DNA from: a virus
Direction: 5' to 3' (one strand)
IMG/VR virus record: IMGVR_UViG_3300002026_000029
Coordinates: 26,796-90,795 of that record
DNA length: 64,000 nt
This document shows positions 1 to 8,795 of the stretch, piece by piece. A program made the position numbers and the translations under genes. The notes below the pieces were generated by a model. It ran no database searches. It was not told the DNA's origin and was given only the letters and a program-made list of their open reading frames with translations. Numbering within the stretch: the stretch's first letter is position 1; each line of letters opens with the position of its first letter.

Positions 1-1021
1 GTATGCAACTAAGAAGTTTGCTGGTAAGCAGTTAATACTACGTAAAGAGTTTTTGACCATAGCTTTTGGTGATGATGATTTTAGTATTACACAATTAAAG
101 ATGTTTAATAAGACTAAGCCAAAGACTAAGATACTAATTCGTCAGATTGAGAGTGGTTGGCAAGATTTAATGCAGATTGCTAAAAGTAACATTGTTATTA
201 AGACACCTGCTGTTTTCACTGGTAATATATGGTCAAACTTAAAGATATTAGTTTACGTAGGTGTTCATCCAATTAAAGGTGCTGAACTAATGTTATTGGC
301 TTCAAAAGAGTTAAAGAGATATGAGACTGATAATGCTGAGTTGGGTAAGTTAAAGAGAGATCGTCTTAGTGGTATAAAAGATTTAGATGTTAGAATTACT
401 GAGATAGAAGCTAAGATGAAAGAGAATTTAGTTTACCCTTTAATTACAGCAGGATTGTATCAGTCGATAGTAGAAGATGTTACTACTAGTACTAAGTTGA
501 ATACTGTTGGGCAATACTTTGATGATAAGCTTAATAAGTATGTGACTAATGACACTGCTAACTCAGTGATACAAATGCTATTCATGACTCAGAAGACTAA
601 GCCTTATCAACAAATGTTAAAGCTGACACAAGTATCAGACTTCTACTTTAGATTTGCTCAGTACTATGATGCAATTGATAATAAAGGCCATAGCCCTGAG
701 AGAGCACTACGAGATGCTATTGATAACTATATTAACTATGAAGTTCCATTAGAGAAACATGTAAGATATATGGATACTATTGGTTCATGGTTCTTTATAA
801 AATACTTTGTTAAAGTACAGCGAGTTATAAAGAAGTTTGCCACTCAACACCCACTTAAGATGGCTACTGACTTAATGTTACAGCAATTCGCATGGGGTGA
901 TACTGAGGGAGTTGAGAATAGTTTCTGGGCAACTAAGATATGGAGTAAGATTCTACCATTTAATCAGTACAGTAACCTTAAACAAGTTATTGTGCCATCT
1001 GGAGCTGATTTAGTTCTATAA
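1..1021 (+). CDS. Virion-encapsidated RNA polymerase (N4 gp50-like), C-terminal part; gene begins upstream of the window
   Basis: Frame is open from base 2 (YATKKFAGKQLILRKEFLTIAFG...). The C-terminal pattern (IVIKTPAV..N, PLITAGLYQSI, TQVSDFYFR, A..NYINY..P....YMDTIG.WFF) matches my recollection of the N4 vRNAP C-terminus. Confidence 0.75.
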   Translation, partial: YATKKFAGKQLILRKEFLTIAFGDDDFSITQLKMFNKTKPKTKILIRQIESGWQDLMQIAKSNIVIKTPAVFTGNIWSNLKILVYVGVHPIKGAELMLLASKELKRYETDNAELGKLKRDRLSGIKDLDVRITEIEAKMKENLVYPLITAGLYQSIVEDVTTSTKLNTVGQYFDDKLNKYVTNDTANSVIQMLFMTQKTKPYQQMLKLTQVSDFYFRFAQYYDAIDNKGHSPERALRDAIDNYINYEVPLEKHVRYMDTIGSWFFIKYFVKVQRVIKKFATQHPLKMATDLMLQQFAWGDTEGVENSFWATKIWSKILPFNQYSNLKQVIVPSGADLVL

Positions 1022-1043
1022 GAGTAGAAATACTCATGTAGAA

Positions 1044-2522
1044 CTAGTTATATATAATTGCTCTAGACCCGTCACTCAAGAACTCAGTAGCTCCTATTAA
1101 TTCAACCATAGCCCTCGAACAGGCTACATATGCTAGTAATAACTCTTCCTGGTGCTTCTTGATCATAACTTCTTTTGCATTCTTACCGCGTGCCTTCTCA
1201 AGCTTTATACTAATCAATGCCTTTGTTACAGCTACGCTAATGTCAGGTGCTAATTCCACTGAGGAAAACTCAAGCCCTTTAGATGAGTGCCCTGTAGATA
1301 GTGTGAGGTTACATGGATACTTATTACACTCTTTTGCATAGTCTGTTAGAATATTTAGTTCTGCAGCACCATGAGTGCTAATTACATTAAGAGCACGTTT
1401 TAACTCCTCATCATCCTTACTAGCTGCAACTAGATACTTACTTACTTTAGGGTACTGTCCCTGTAGGTATGGGTTTGATTCCCAATACTTACGTAGCTTT
1501 TCAATATGCTTGTAGGCAGCATTAGTAATTGGCTTACCATTGTCAATATTTACTAGTATTAGTGGTAGTTCTAGTAATGTTTCAATAGGACGTGTGGTAT
1601 GAAATGGAATAGAGTTACTCATTAATTCAAACATCTTGATAACAAGGTATGAATTGTTACGGGCAATATACGCTTTAGATGTTATTAGCATTTCATCCTT
1701 AGCATAGTCACGACCTACAAACTCAAATGAAGAGTCTAAGTTATTCTGCATAAATGTTTGTATCTTAAGTGCGATAGGTGCAGATACTCTAAATGATTGA
1801 GTTAGTTTAGTAGTGATGCCTTCACCAGCCATTGCTTTAAATCCATTTATAGTTCCATTGAAAGAATATATATTTTGAAACTGATCACCAACTACTATTT
1901 TCTTTGGTGCTTGTATAAGTTTAAATATTTCTAGTGTAACTGCATTTATATCACCACCCTCATCTAGCATTAGTATAGAGACAGTTGGAGGTGGTATTGA
2001 ACCAGTTGCAAGTAACACATGATAAAACTTTAAGTAGAAGTTATGAGGACATTGTATTTCACCAGTAGACATTAAGTCAAGGTGATCACATACATTATTA
2101 GCTGCATAAGATGTTATATTGATTGATTTAAAGTACTCCAATGGGTCAGTGTAGCTGGAGTTAAGAAAGTCATTTAAGACTGTTACTATTGAAGCCTTTT
2201 CTGCATATGAAGCTCTAGGCAGTCGGACATCACGAGGATTAAACCAGCCCACCTTTAACCCATACTGCCTTACAGTGCTTGCGTATGCTAAAGAGTGAGT
2301 TGTGGTGCATTTTACACCAGTCCCTTTAAACTTAGTAGTTGCTTCTTCAGCAATAGCTTTGTTGTACGCTAGATAGAGACCATTAGTTATGTTCAAGTCT
2401 TTGGCAATTTGAATTAGGGTGTGAGTCTTACCTGAACCAGCGCAGGCTGGTACTAGTACTAATGATACATCCTCTCGAAGTAGAGTATCTATAACGTGTT
2501 GTTGTTGCTTAGTTGAAGCCAT
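1044..2522 (-). CDS. UvrD/REP-type superfamily 1 DNA helicase
   Basis: ACAGSGKT Walker A, YLAYNK, LDEGGD, VGDQFQNIYSF, LTQSFR, STGHSSKGLEF, YVACSRA motifs. Confidence 0.9.
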   Translation of the reverse strand: MASTKQQQHVIDTLLREDVSLVLVPACAGSGKTHTLIQIAKDLNITNGLYLAYNKAIAEEATTKFKGTGVKCTTTHSLAYASTVRQYGLKVGWFNPRDVRLPRASYAEKASIVTVLNDFLNSSYTDPLEYFKSINITSYAANNVCDHLDLMSTGEIQCPHNFYLKFYHVLLATGSIPPPTVSILMLDEGGDINAVTLEIFKLIQAPKKIVVGDQFQNIYSFNGTINGFKAMAGEGITTKLTQSFRVSAPIALKIQTFMQNNLDSSFEFVGRDYAKDEMLITSKAYIARNNSYLVIKMFELMSNSIPFHTTRPIETLLELPLILVNIDNGKPITNAAYKHIEKLRKYWESNPYLQGQYPKVSKYLVAASKDDEELKRALNVISTHGAAELNILTDYAKECNKYPCNLTLSTGHSSKGLEFSSVELAPDISVAVTKALISIKLEKARGKNAKEVMIKKHQEELLLAYVACSRAMVELIGATEFLSDGSRAIIYN

Positions 2523-2590
2523 ATTAATCCTTTAAGTATAATAAGACTACCCTAAGGTAGCCCTATATAATTAACATTATTTAACAGATA

Positions 2591-2827
2591 CTAACTGTGT
2601 TTAGTAAGATTTAATCTACTAAATAACCAGTCTACGTAGTACCCTTTTAAAATCTTCTCATTAGCACGAGAGATTCTACGGTGTAGTAATTCATACTGGC
2701 GTAGGATAGCATTACGTGACGTTAGTGGTGTAGGTGTAGTAGTAGTATCAGCGATACCACCGTCCGCAATGTCGTCATCTAAAATAACGTTAGTGTTCAT
2801 TTTGTTCCTTAATTGCTGGACGTTCAT
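2591..2827 (-). CDS. Hypothetical protein
   Basis: 78-aa ORF in co-directional gene run. Confidence 0.45.
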   Translation of the reverse strand: MNVQQLRNKMNTNVILDDDIADGGIADTTTTPTPLTSRNAILRQYELLHRRISRANEKILKGYYVDWLFSRLNLTKHS

Positions 2828-3278
2828 CCAAGATTTTTTGTAATTTTACTTCAGGACCAGTCCAGTCTATAGGCTTTAACTGTTTACCAAGTTCGTCTTT
2901 AGGTCCACCAATTTTAGCCATGTTGCAGGTAGCCACAACATCGAAGCCTCTTTCAATCTGGTCTACTGATAAACGCATCTTAGCCAGCTTACCAATGTTA
3001 AACCATACACCATCAATAGCTTTATCAAATTCAGCTACTTCAGATGGCATTTTGAGATTACGTTGCTCCATACCTTGTCTAATTTGGTTGAGAAAGCTTA
3101 ATGCAACCATACGTGCTGTTGCTTTATGAGCGTTTACATCCTCTGGGTTGTTGAATACTTCCTCAAAGCCTTCTAAGGCTTCTTCGATGATGTATGCAGT
3201 CTCTAAGAAGCTATCCATACCTTTACCAAGTAGGCCAGCTTCTTCATTGAACTTGTAGATATCTGATACTATTCGCAT
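2790..3278 (-). CDS. MazG-like / all-alpha NTP pyrophosphohydrolase
   Basis: IIEEALE...EFDKAID...V..CNMAK....GK.LKP..W.GPE pattern typical of phage PRA-PH/MazG-like proteins. Confidence 0.7.
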   Translation of the reverse strand: MRIVSDIYKFNEEAGLLGKGMDSFLETAYIIEEALEGFEEVFNNPEDVNAHKATARMVALSFLNQIRQGMEQRNLKMPSEVAEFDKAIDGVWFNIGKLAKMRLSVDQIERGFDVVATCNMAKIGGPKDELGKQLKPIDWTGPEVKLQKILDERPAIKEQNEH

Positions 3279-3571
3279 TTTTTAGCACTTAATGTATTAA
3301 ACAACGATATTACTTGTGTAAGTGTTAATAGTTCTTGTGCATCATCTAAATCAATGTCACCAGTTAGAAGTTTATCTAATGTAGTGTGTATAATAAACTC
3401 TAACTTCTCTGTTATTGTACCTTCTAGTACTAGATCTTCTGATACAGTATCTATATGATTATCACTAGCCGCATCTGTGTTTAGGCGCTCAGTGTTGAAT
3501 AGTTTTGATAGCAACTCTCTAAAGGCTACGTCTGATTTTGTTTGTGTTTCTTTGAATGCCATTATAGTCAT
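3269..3571 (-). CDS. Hypothetical protein
   Basis: 100-aa ORF overlapping the next gene in the run. Confidence 0.55.
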   Translation of the reverse strand: MTIMAFKETQTKSDVAFRELLSKLFNTERLNTDAASDNHIDTVSEDLVLEGTITEKLEFIIHTTLDKLLTGDIDLDDAQELLTLTQVISLFNTLSAKKCE

Positions 3572-3576
3572 TCTCC

Positions 3577-3903
3577 TTATTCAAATAGTCGATCAAACCT
3601 AGCAAATATATCACTAGGTTGTTGGGAAGCAGTAGTATTACCATTAGCAGTGCTAGTGGTAGGTGACTCACCTTCCAAGATTTGTAATTTAATTGGATAC
3701 CATATAAGGTATAAGCTGATTAGTGTTGAACCGGCGGTAGCACTTACTACTCCTAGTATAGTCCCACCGAAAAATATGTTTAGTATGAACAGTAGACCTA
3801 AGTCTACAACTACATCTATATAATTTCCACGGTTCCACTTTATCCGTACTATAATAAACTGAAAGAGTACGGCTAGTCCTAGAAGTACTACCATTATTCC
3901 CAT
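3577..3903 (-). CDS. Membrane protein (about 3 TM segments)
   Basis: Three hydrophobic stretches then a polar tail. Confidence 0.6.
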   Translation of the reverse strand: MGIMVVLLGLAVLFQFIIVRIKWNRGNYIDVVVDLGLLFILNIFFGGTILGVVSATAGSTLISLYLIWYPIKLQILEGESPTTSTANGNTTASQQPSDIFARFDRLFE

Positions 3904-5285
3904 TAGTCTACCTTAGCAAAGAGTTTCTCTGCATACTCAGCGAAATCAGAACGTACAACTCTGTTGAGTGGTACTACATGTCTATTTATCTTATCGCCTG
4001 TTTTAGTTGCACAATCATGTAGGATCACACTTAAGCCATTAGTAAACTTAGTCATGTTAGGATTGTCAATTTGTTTGTTTGAACCGATTAGTATAACCTT
4101 ACAGTTCTTACCTATACGTGTCAATGCTTTTTGTAGTGATGGTTTTGATGCATTCTGAACTTCATCATAGATGAATATTGCATCTTTGAATGTGCGTCCA
4201 CGCATACCAAGTCCAGTCATTGGTGTTATATGATAATCTTTAACCATCTTTTCAATATGTTCTGCTACCTTATCCTCAAAATCTATACCAACTACTTTAC
4301 CTGCTTTAGGGTCTTTAAAGCGGGCTCTAGCAATATAGTCTAGTGAGTCATAGAGTGGATGAAAGTAAATAGCATTCTTTTCTTCTGCGGTTCCTGGTAG
4401 AAATCCGACTTCCTCAATAGCCTCTACATCGTTGATTGATGATCTGACATAGATGATTGATGTGTATGGTGTTGTTTTGTCTTTTATGAGCTGTATGGCA
4501 CTTGATAAACTTACTAAAGTTTTACCTGAACCAGCCAAGGCTTCACAAACTACTAAATCAATTGAAGGATCTAGTATTACTTTTGTGAGTAGAAGTTGAT
4601 CAGCACCTTGTGGATTAACATCTTGTTTTCTAAGGCGGTCTTCAGTTTCTTTACCTAGAATAGTTATAGTTTCATTGTCTATAGTAGCTAGTTTGATATG
4701 GTCACTATCTGGCGTTGTAAACTTGTAGTTATAGTGTTCAATCAAATGGGACGGGTCAATGTCAATAATGCTTTTACCATGGAGAGCACGAAATGTTGCA
4801 TCATCAACTTCTAGTGTACGTGTAAATTCATAGTCTACCTTGTCTACTACTTTAAAGTCAGTAACTTTTAGACCAACAGCTAGCCCTCTGAATCTTACCA
4901 TGGCGTCATTAGACATTACTATGGTTTCTCCGCCCAAAATACCACTAGTGGCAACTGCCAGTATTTTTTGATCATTTTTACTATCTGAAGATGTGTCAAT
5001 GTTATAGTGTAGTAAGCTGACTACTTTAATAGCAATACCTTCTAAAGCTAATGTAGTAACTGTGCCTAATTTTGATGTTACTGTTTCCACTACAGTAGCT
5101 TTTGCTAGCAATCTGCTAATAGCTCTAGATTGAAAGGCCAGCTCATTGAGTCCACTTTTCTTCGAGTCTAACTCTTCCAGTACTGTCTCTGGCAAGACTA
5201 TTGTAACATCTTCTCGCCTTCCTAGTATTAGTAAATTATTATGGTCTAATAATAATATATTTGTATCTAACAATAAGTTATACAT
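3903..5285 (-). CDS. phoH: PhoH-family ATPase with N-terminal PIN domain
   Basis: LLDTNILL...VLEELD..K...NDQKIL...SND (PIN); ALAGSGKT, MRGRTF, DEVQN, LTRIG, GS.KQID, VRS (PhoH). Confidence 0.9.
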   Translation of the reverse strand: MYNLLLDTNILLLDHNNLLILGRREDVTIVLPETVLEELDSKKSGLNELAFQSRAISRLLAKATVVETVTSKLGTVTTLALEGIAIKVVSLLHYNIDTSSDSKNDQKILAVATSGILGGETIVMSNDAMVRFRGLAVGLKVTDFKVVDKVDYEFTRTLEVDDATFRALHGKSIIDIDPSHLIEHYNYKFTTPDSDHIKLATIDNETITILGKETEDRLRKQDVNPQGADQLLLTKVILDPSIDLVVCEALAGSGKTLVSLSSAIQLIKDKTTPYTSIIYVRSSINDVEAIEEVGFLPGTAEEKNAIYFHPLYDSLDYIARARFKDPKAGKVVGIDFEDKVAEHIEKMVKDYHITPMTGLGMRGRTFKDAIFIYDEVQNASKPSLQKALTRIGKNCKVILIGSNKQIDNPNMTKFTNGLSVILHDCATKTGDKINRHVVPLNRVVRSDFAEYAEKLFAKVD

Positions 5286-5295
5286 TATACTCCTT

Positions 5296-5529
5296 TTAAG
5301 TATCTAAACAAAGTATATCTTCACTAAATAGTTCAGTATTTCCACTACTAAGTAATGGTGCTCCTGTGTATTTAAATTCCTTATACTTAGTTAATATTTC
5401 TTTTTCTTTAGCTCGGCACTCACTTCCGACTTCATAGTACCATACTTTTATAACTTTTAATTGGGTAAACAATCTTAAACTAAAATTAATTAAGTACGTG
5501 TCATTATTTTCCCTTTTTACTTGCAACAA
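5296..5529 (-). pseudogene. Probable C-terminal remnant of a GIY-YIG-like homing endonuclease
   Basis: KEKEILTKYKEFKY.G..LLSSGNTELF tail without an N-terminal catalytic part. Confidence 0.4.
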
Positions 5530-6112
5530 TAGCTTCTAAGCCTTCAATATCACCTAGTTCACGAGCTTTCCAGCGAGCTAAAAGCTCTGCTTTGCCCATC
5601 CATAGGTCTTTACCTGCTATTACTAATTCCATCTCATGTGTAGTTAAAAACCCATCATAGATTTCTGCAAATGCTTTGTTAAGTTCTGCATCAGTAAAGT
5701 CCATCTGGGCCTTCATTTCGTGCCCTTTACCTTGTGCTCCGCCACTGTAGTTGTGAATCATAAATTGAACATAATCAGCTACTTCAATTGTAGCACAACT
5801 CATAGTGATTATAGTTGCCACTGATGCCACAGTACCTGATAGTTTAGCGTTAACTGCTGCTTTAGTATTACGCAAAGCGTCTACTATCATAAATCCTGAG
5901 TCAACATATCCTCCACCATTATTAATAATTAAATTACATGTATCACCTTCGTAAGCAGTGCGTAGTGTGTGACATAGTTTATTGTATTCACTTGGAGCTT
6001 CAATTTGGTCTGTTAGATATACATCTGTATGACGACCAGTGGTAATAATAGGGACGTAATCATCCCAGACAGACATCTTTGGAGGTAATTGTGGTACTTG
6101 CATTTCAAACAT
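5504..6112 (-). CDS. ClpP-like (S14/crotonase-fold) protease
   Basis: INNGGG.V, VASVATII, FMIHN, DLWM motifs. Confidence 0.8.
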   Translation of the reverse strand: MFEMQVPQLPPKMSVWDDYVPIITTGRHTDVYLTDQIEAPSEYNKLCHTLRTAYEGDTCNLIINNGGGYVDSGFMIVDALRNTKAAVNAKLSGTVASVATIITMSCATIEVADYVQFMIHNYSGGAQGKGHEMKAQMDFTDAELNKAFAEIYDGFLTTHEMELVIAGKDLWMGKAELLARWKARELGDIEGLEAIVASKKGK

Positions 6113-6121
6113 ATAGTTCCT

Positions 6122-6388
6122 TTAAAGTTGTGATGGTGTGCCATAGACTCCAGTTAGTTGTGCAATACGCTCTTGGCATACGTGTATAATTTTTTGGTAG
6201 TCTAGTTTGCGAGAGTCCCCTTCTTTTGTGCGTAGAACTCTTTTTATGATATCTGCATCCCAAGGATTTAAAGAGTATTCTCTCCAAATATCCCAAGGCT
6301 GTATTCTGTGTGTTGAGTAGTCAGATGCTCCAACGTGCATTTGTTTGTGTACTGGTATGTCATTCAATAGCTTCGCCATTAGAGTCAA
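6122..6388 (-). CDS. DUF3310-like small protein
   Basis: VGASDY...IQPWD.......W.A.IIKRVLRTK.....D..K pattern. Confidence 0.7.
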   Translation of the reverse strand: MTLMAKLLNDIPVHKQMHVGASDYSTHRIQPWDIWREYSLNPWDADIIKRVLRTKEGDSRKLDYQKIIHVCQERIAQLTGVYGTPSQL

Positions 6389-7520
6389 CCTTTCTAAATA
6401 TTATACCAACTGGTTTAAGTGGGATACCATCAGCAGAGTATGTTTCAAACTCAACCTTTAACCACTTACCAATATAGCTATCAGCATTAGCTGCCATATC
6501 AAGACGTTGCTCATTAGTACCTATAAGTTTAACCTTGAATTGTTTTAGCATAGTGTTTAGACCTGCAGTAGGTTTACCAGGAATTGGTATCCAAGAGCCA
6601 TCTACAGAACATCTGAAAACAGCATGGCCGTTCTTGTCTATGTCATAACCTATAACCTCAAACTCAAGATCAATAGGCATTTTGTACTTGAACACATCAA
6701 GACTTCTAGTGTTGTACTTGTATAGGCCAGTACGGTTACGTACTATTAAGCCCTCATAACCAACGGCTACAACATCATCATGTTGTTGAACTACATCGTC
6801 TTCATCTTCTGCTATACCTACATTGATAGTTACTATAGTTTTTAACTTAAGTTCTGCAACTGATGGGTATAGTATTTTACAACGCTGTTCATAAGAGCCT
6901 TCAGCTGTTGGAAAGTCAAATATATGAAATACTAGAGATGGTGTAAGTTCATTTGGTTTAAGAGTAGCAGCCATAATGTCTTGTAAGTGCTGACCATGGC
7001 AGTACATCTCACCATTGATTGAGTGGCCATCTAAATGTTTAAGAAGCTTAATGGCTTCCTCACGTTGATGGGCTGGGACAGGATACTCTTCACCACCACG
7101 AGATAGAAGTTTAAGTTCACCTTCTACTAGACGATACTCACAGTTTACACCGTTGAGTTTTACACTAGTGAAACATGGATACTTGACTTTCTTCTTGTGG
7201 TCATGAAAGTTACTTACTTTCATTGGCAGCATAGCTGTAACAGGTGCGGTAGGAGAGGTAGAATAGTTAGTTTTACACTTCTTAGTCCATACAGCATTTG
7301 CTTCAATAGTCGCTTGTTGCTGTGCTGATGTTTCGTTAGCCTTACCTATATTCTTTGGTGTGCATACAGTAGTTTTACTCTGTATCTTACCATTTAATTG
7401 CCCCCATTCTACCGTATACTTATCATCAATAATAGTGATGTCAAATATTTGAATGGCTCCACTGGTAGCAGTTTTGAATAGTCTAGTTAATATCATTGGA
7501 ATCCTTTTTGCGTACTTCAA
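6360..7520 (-). CDS. ATP-dependent DNA ligase
   Basis: KLNGVNC (motif I), SRGG, NGEMY, FHIFD, EGLIVR, KYK and C-terminal OB fold. True start is probably the second Met (~7495). Confidence 0.88.
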   Translation of the reverse strand: MKYAKRIPMILTRLFKTATSGAIQIFDITIIDDKYTVEWGQLNGKIQSKTTVCTPKNIGKANETSAQQQATIEANAVWTKKCKTNYSTSPTAPVTAMLPMKVSNFHDHKKKVKYPCFTSVKLNGVNCEYRLVEGELKLLSRGGEEYPVPAHQREEAIKLLKHLDGHSINGEMYCHGQHLQDIMAATLKPNELTPSLVFHIFDFPTAEGSYEQRCKILYPSVAELKLKTIVTINVGIAEDEDDVVQQHDDVVAVGYEGLIVRNRTGLYKYNTRSLDVFKYKMPIDLEFEVIGYDIDKNGHAVFRCSVDGSWIPIPGKPTAGLNTMLKQFKVKLIGTNEQRLDMAANADSYIGKWLKVEFETYSADGIPLKPVGIIFRKVDSNGEAIE

Positions 7521-7701
7521 TTAGAAGTATTGATTGGTATGGTATGAAGATAATAATATCAGGAAAGCCAACTTCAGTACAGGTTATACCTGCACTTTCA
7601 TACTCAACGTCAATAGAACGAACTACATCAATAGGTTTATGAGAATTGAGGTGAATTATGTATGAGTTTACTATCATGTCTGTACTTTGAATGAGGCCCA
7701 A
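7483..7701 (-). CDS. Hypothetical protein
   Basis: Short ORF between nrdB and ligase (likely start MIVNS). Confidence 0.45.
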   Translation of the reverse strand: MGLIQSTDMIVNSYIIHLNSHKPIDVVRSIDVEYESAGITCTEVGFPDIIIFIPYQSILLIEVRKKDSNDIN

Positions 7702-8795
7702 TCATCTTCTGAAATGGCTTTGTTCAAAGAGCCTAGTAGGTAATTAACCCCATCGGCTTCATTAAGAGCTACTTGTAGATTACCAATATTTGTATATTTA
7801 GTAGCCCATGCACATGGGTTCATCTTTACTTCATCTACTACTAGATTTAAACCGATTGCTGTAGCTGCTTTGTATAAGTTATAACGTGCATACTCTTTAA
7901 GAATATTAGCATTTAACCCCAATAACTTAGCATCACCATCAAATAAGTAGTCAATCCAAATCATATCAGCTTCTAATGCTGTACGATACATTGCACGGAT
8001 TTCTTCTTTATTTGTTTCAAATATATGTCTCCACTCATCGTCTTTCTTTAGTCTATTGATTAAGTATTGAGTCATAACTTTGTGTTCTTGTTCATCTATA
8101 CTAATTTTAGATAAGGCTTTACAACTACTTTCCATCATTCCATTTTCTGCAAAAGCAAAGGTAGTAATGAATGAAGTTTGAAATAAACCAGCTTCCAAAA
8201 TGTTTAAGGCATAAAGGGATAGTACTAAAGACTTTTTATGTGCTTCTAAATTGTAGTCTAATGTTGATAGTTCTCTCATGGCATTAAGCTTAACTGTATC
8301 ATTGAACTTAGAGATAATCATAGTAGCACGATCTAAGATATGTGGATTGATGATGATGTCGTCAAATATCTTTGTAGCATTAACAGGTAACGCCTTGATA
8401 ATCTCAGCGTACGCATTTGAGTGAATATCTTCAAAGAACCCGTGTACAGTCCACCATGACTCTAAATGTGGGTTAGTAGTTATAGGTTTGAAGACTTCTA
8501 ATACAGTACGGGTTGCAATTGAATCTAGTACTGTTTGGAACTTTAAGTTCTTTAAGAAAAGTTCTTGTAGTCCCTTTGGCATAGCATCAAAATCTTTAGC
8601 ATCTTGATTGTAGCTAAAGTCATTTTTAAACCACATAAGACCTAAGGCCTTATCAGTACGCTTTTGTATCCACTGCTCTATATTGAGGTCTAGACGGGCT
8701 ACGTTACGACCAGAGCCAAAGAATAATGGCTCTTTAGTGAAGTCTATGTTTTCTGTTGTAAATATACTCATACCGCGCATCCTTCTCCACCGCAT
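7674..8795 (-). CDS. nrdB: Ribonucleotide reductase class Ia beta subunit
   Basis: EPLFFG, NLKFQTVLDS, EDIHS..Y, LEAGLF..SF, IDEQEH di-iron motifs. Likely start MSIF at 8771. Confidence 0.93.
   Translation of the reverse strand: MRWRRMRGMSIFTTENIDFTKEPLFFGSGRNVARLDLNIEQWIQKRTDKALGLMWFKNDFSYNQDAKDFDAMPKGLQELFLKNLKFQTVLDSIATRTVLEVFKPITTNPHLESWWTVHGFFEDIHSNAYAEIIKALPVNATKIFDDIIINPHILDRATMIISKFNDTVKLNAMRELSTLDYNLEAHKKSLVLSLYALNILEAGLFQTSFITTFAFAENGMMESSCKALSKISIDEQEHKVMTQYLINRLKKDDEWRHIFETNKEEIRAMYRTALEADMIWIDYLFDGDAKLLGLNANILKEYARYNLYKAATAIGLNLVVDEVKMNPCAWATKYTNIGNLQVALNEADGVNYLLGSLNKAISEDDWASFKVQT

Noticed and set aside
2790-6388. Modified-base (Z-DNA or 7-deazaguanine) pathway suggested by MazG-like and DUF3310 genes
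   Set aside because: No purZ, datZ, dpdA, folE or queC-like genes recognisable in the window.
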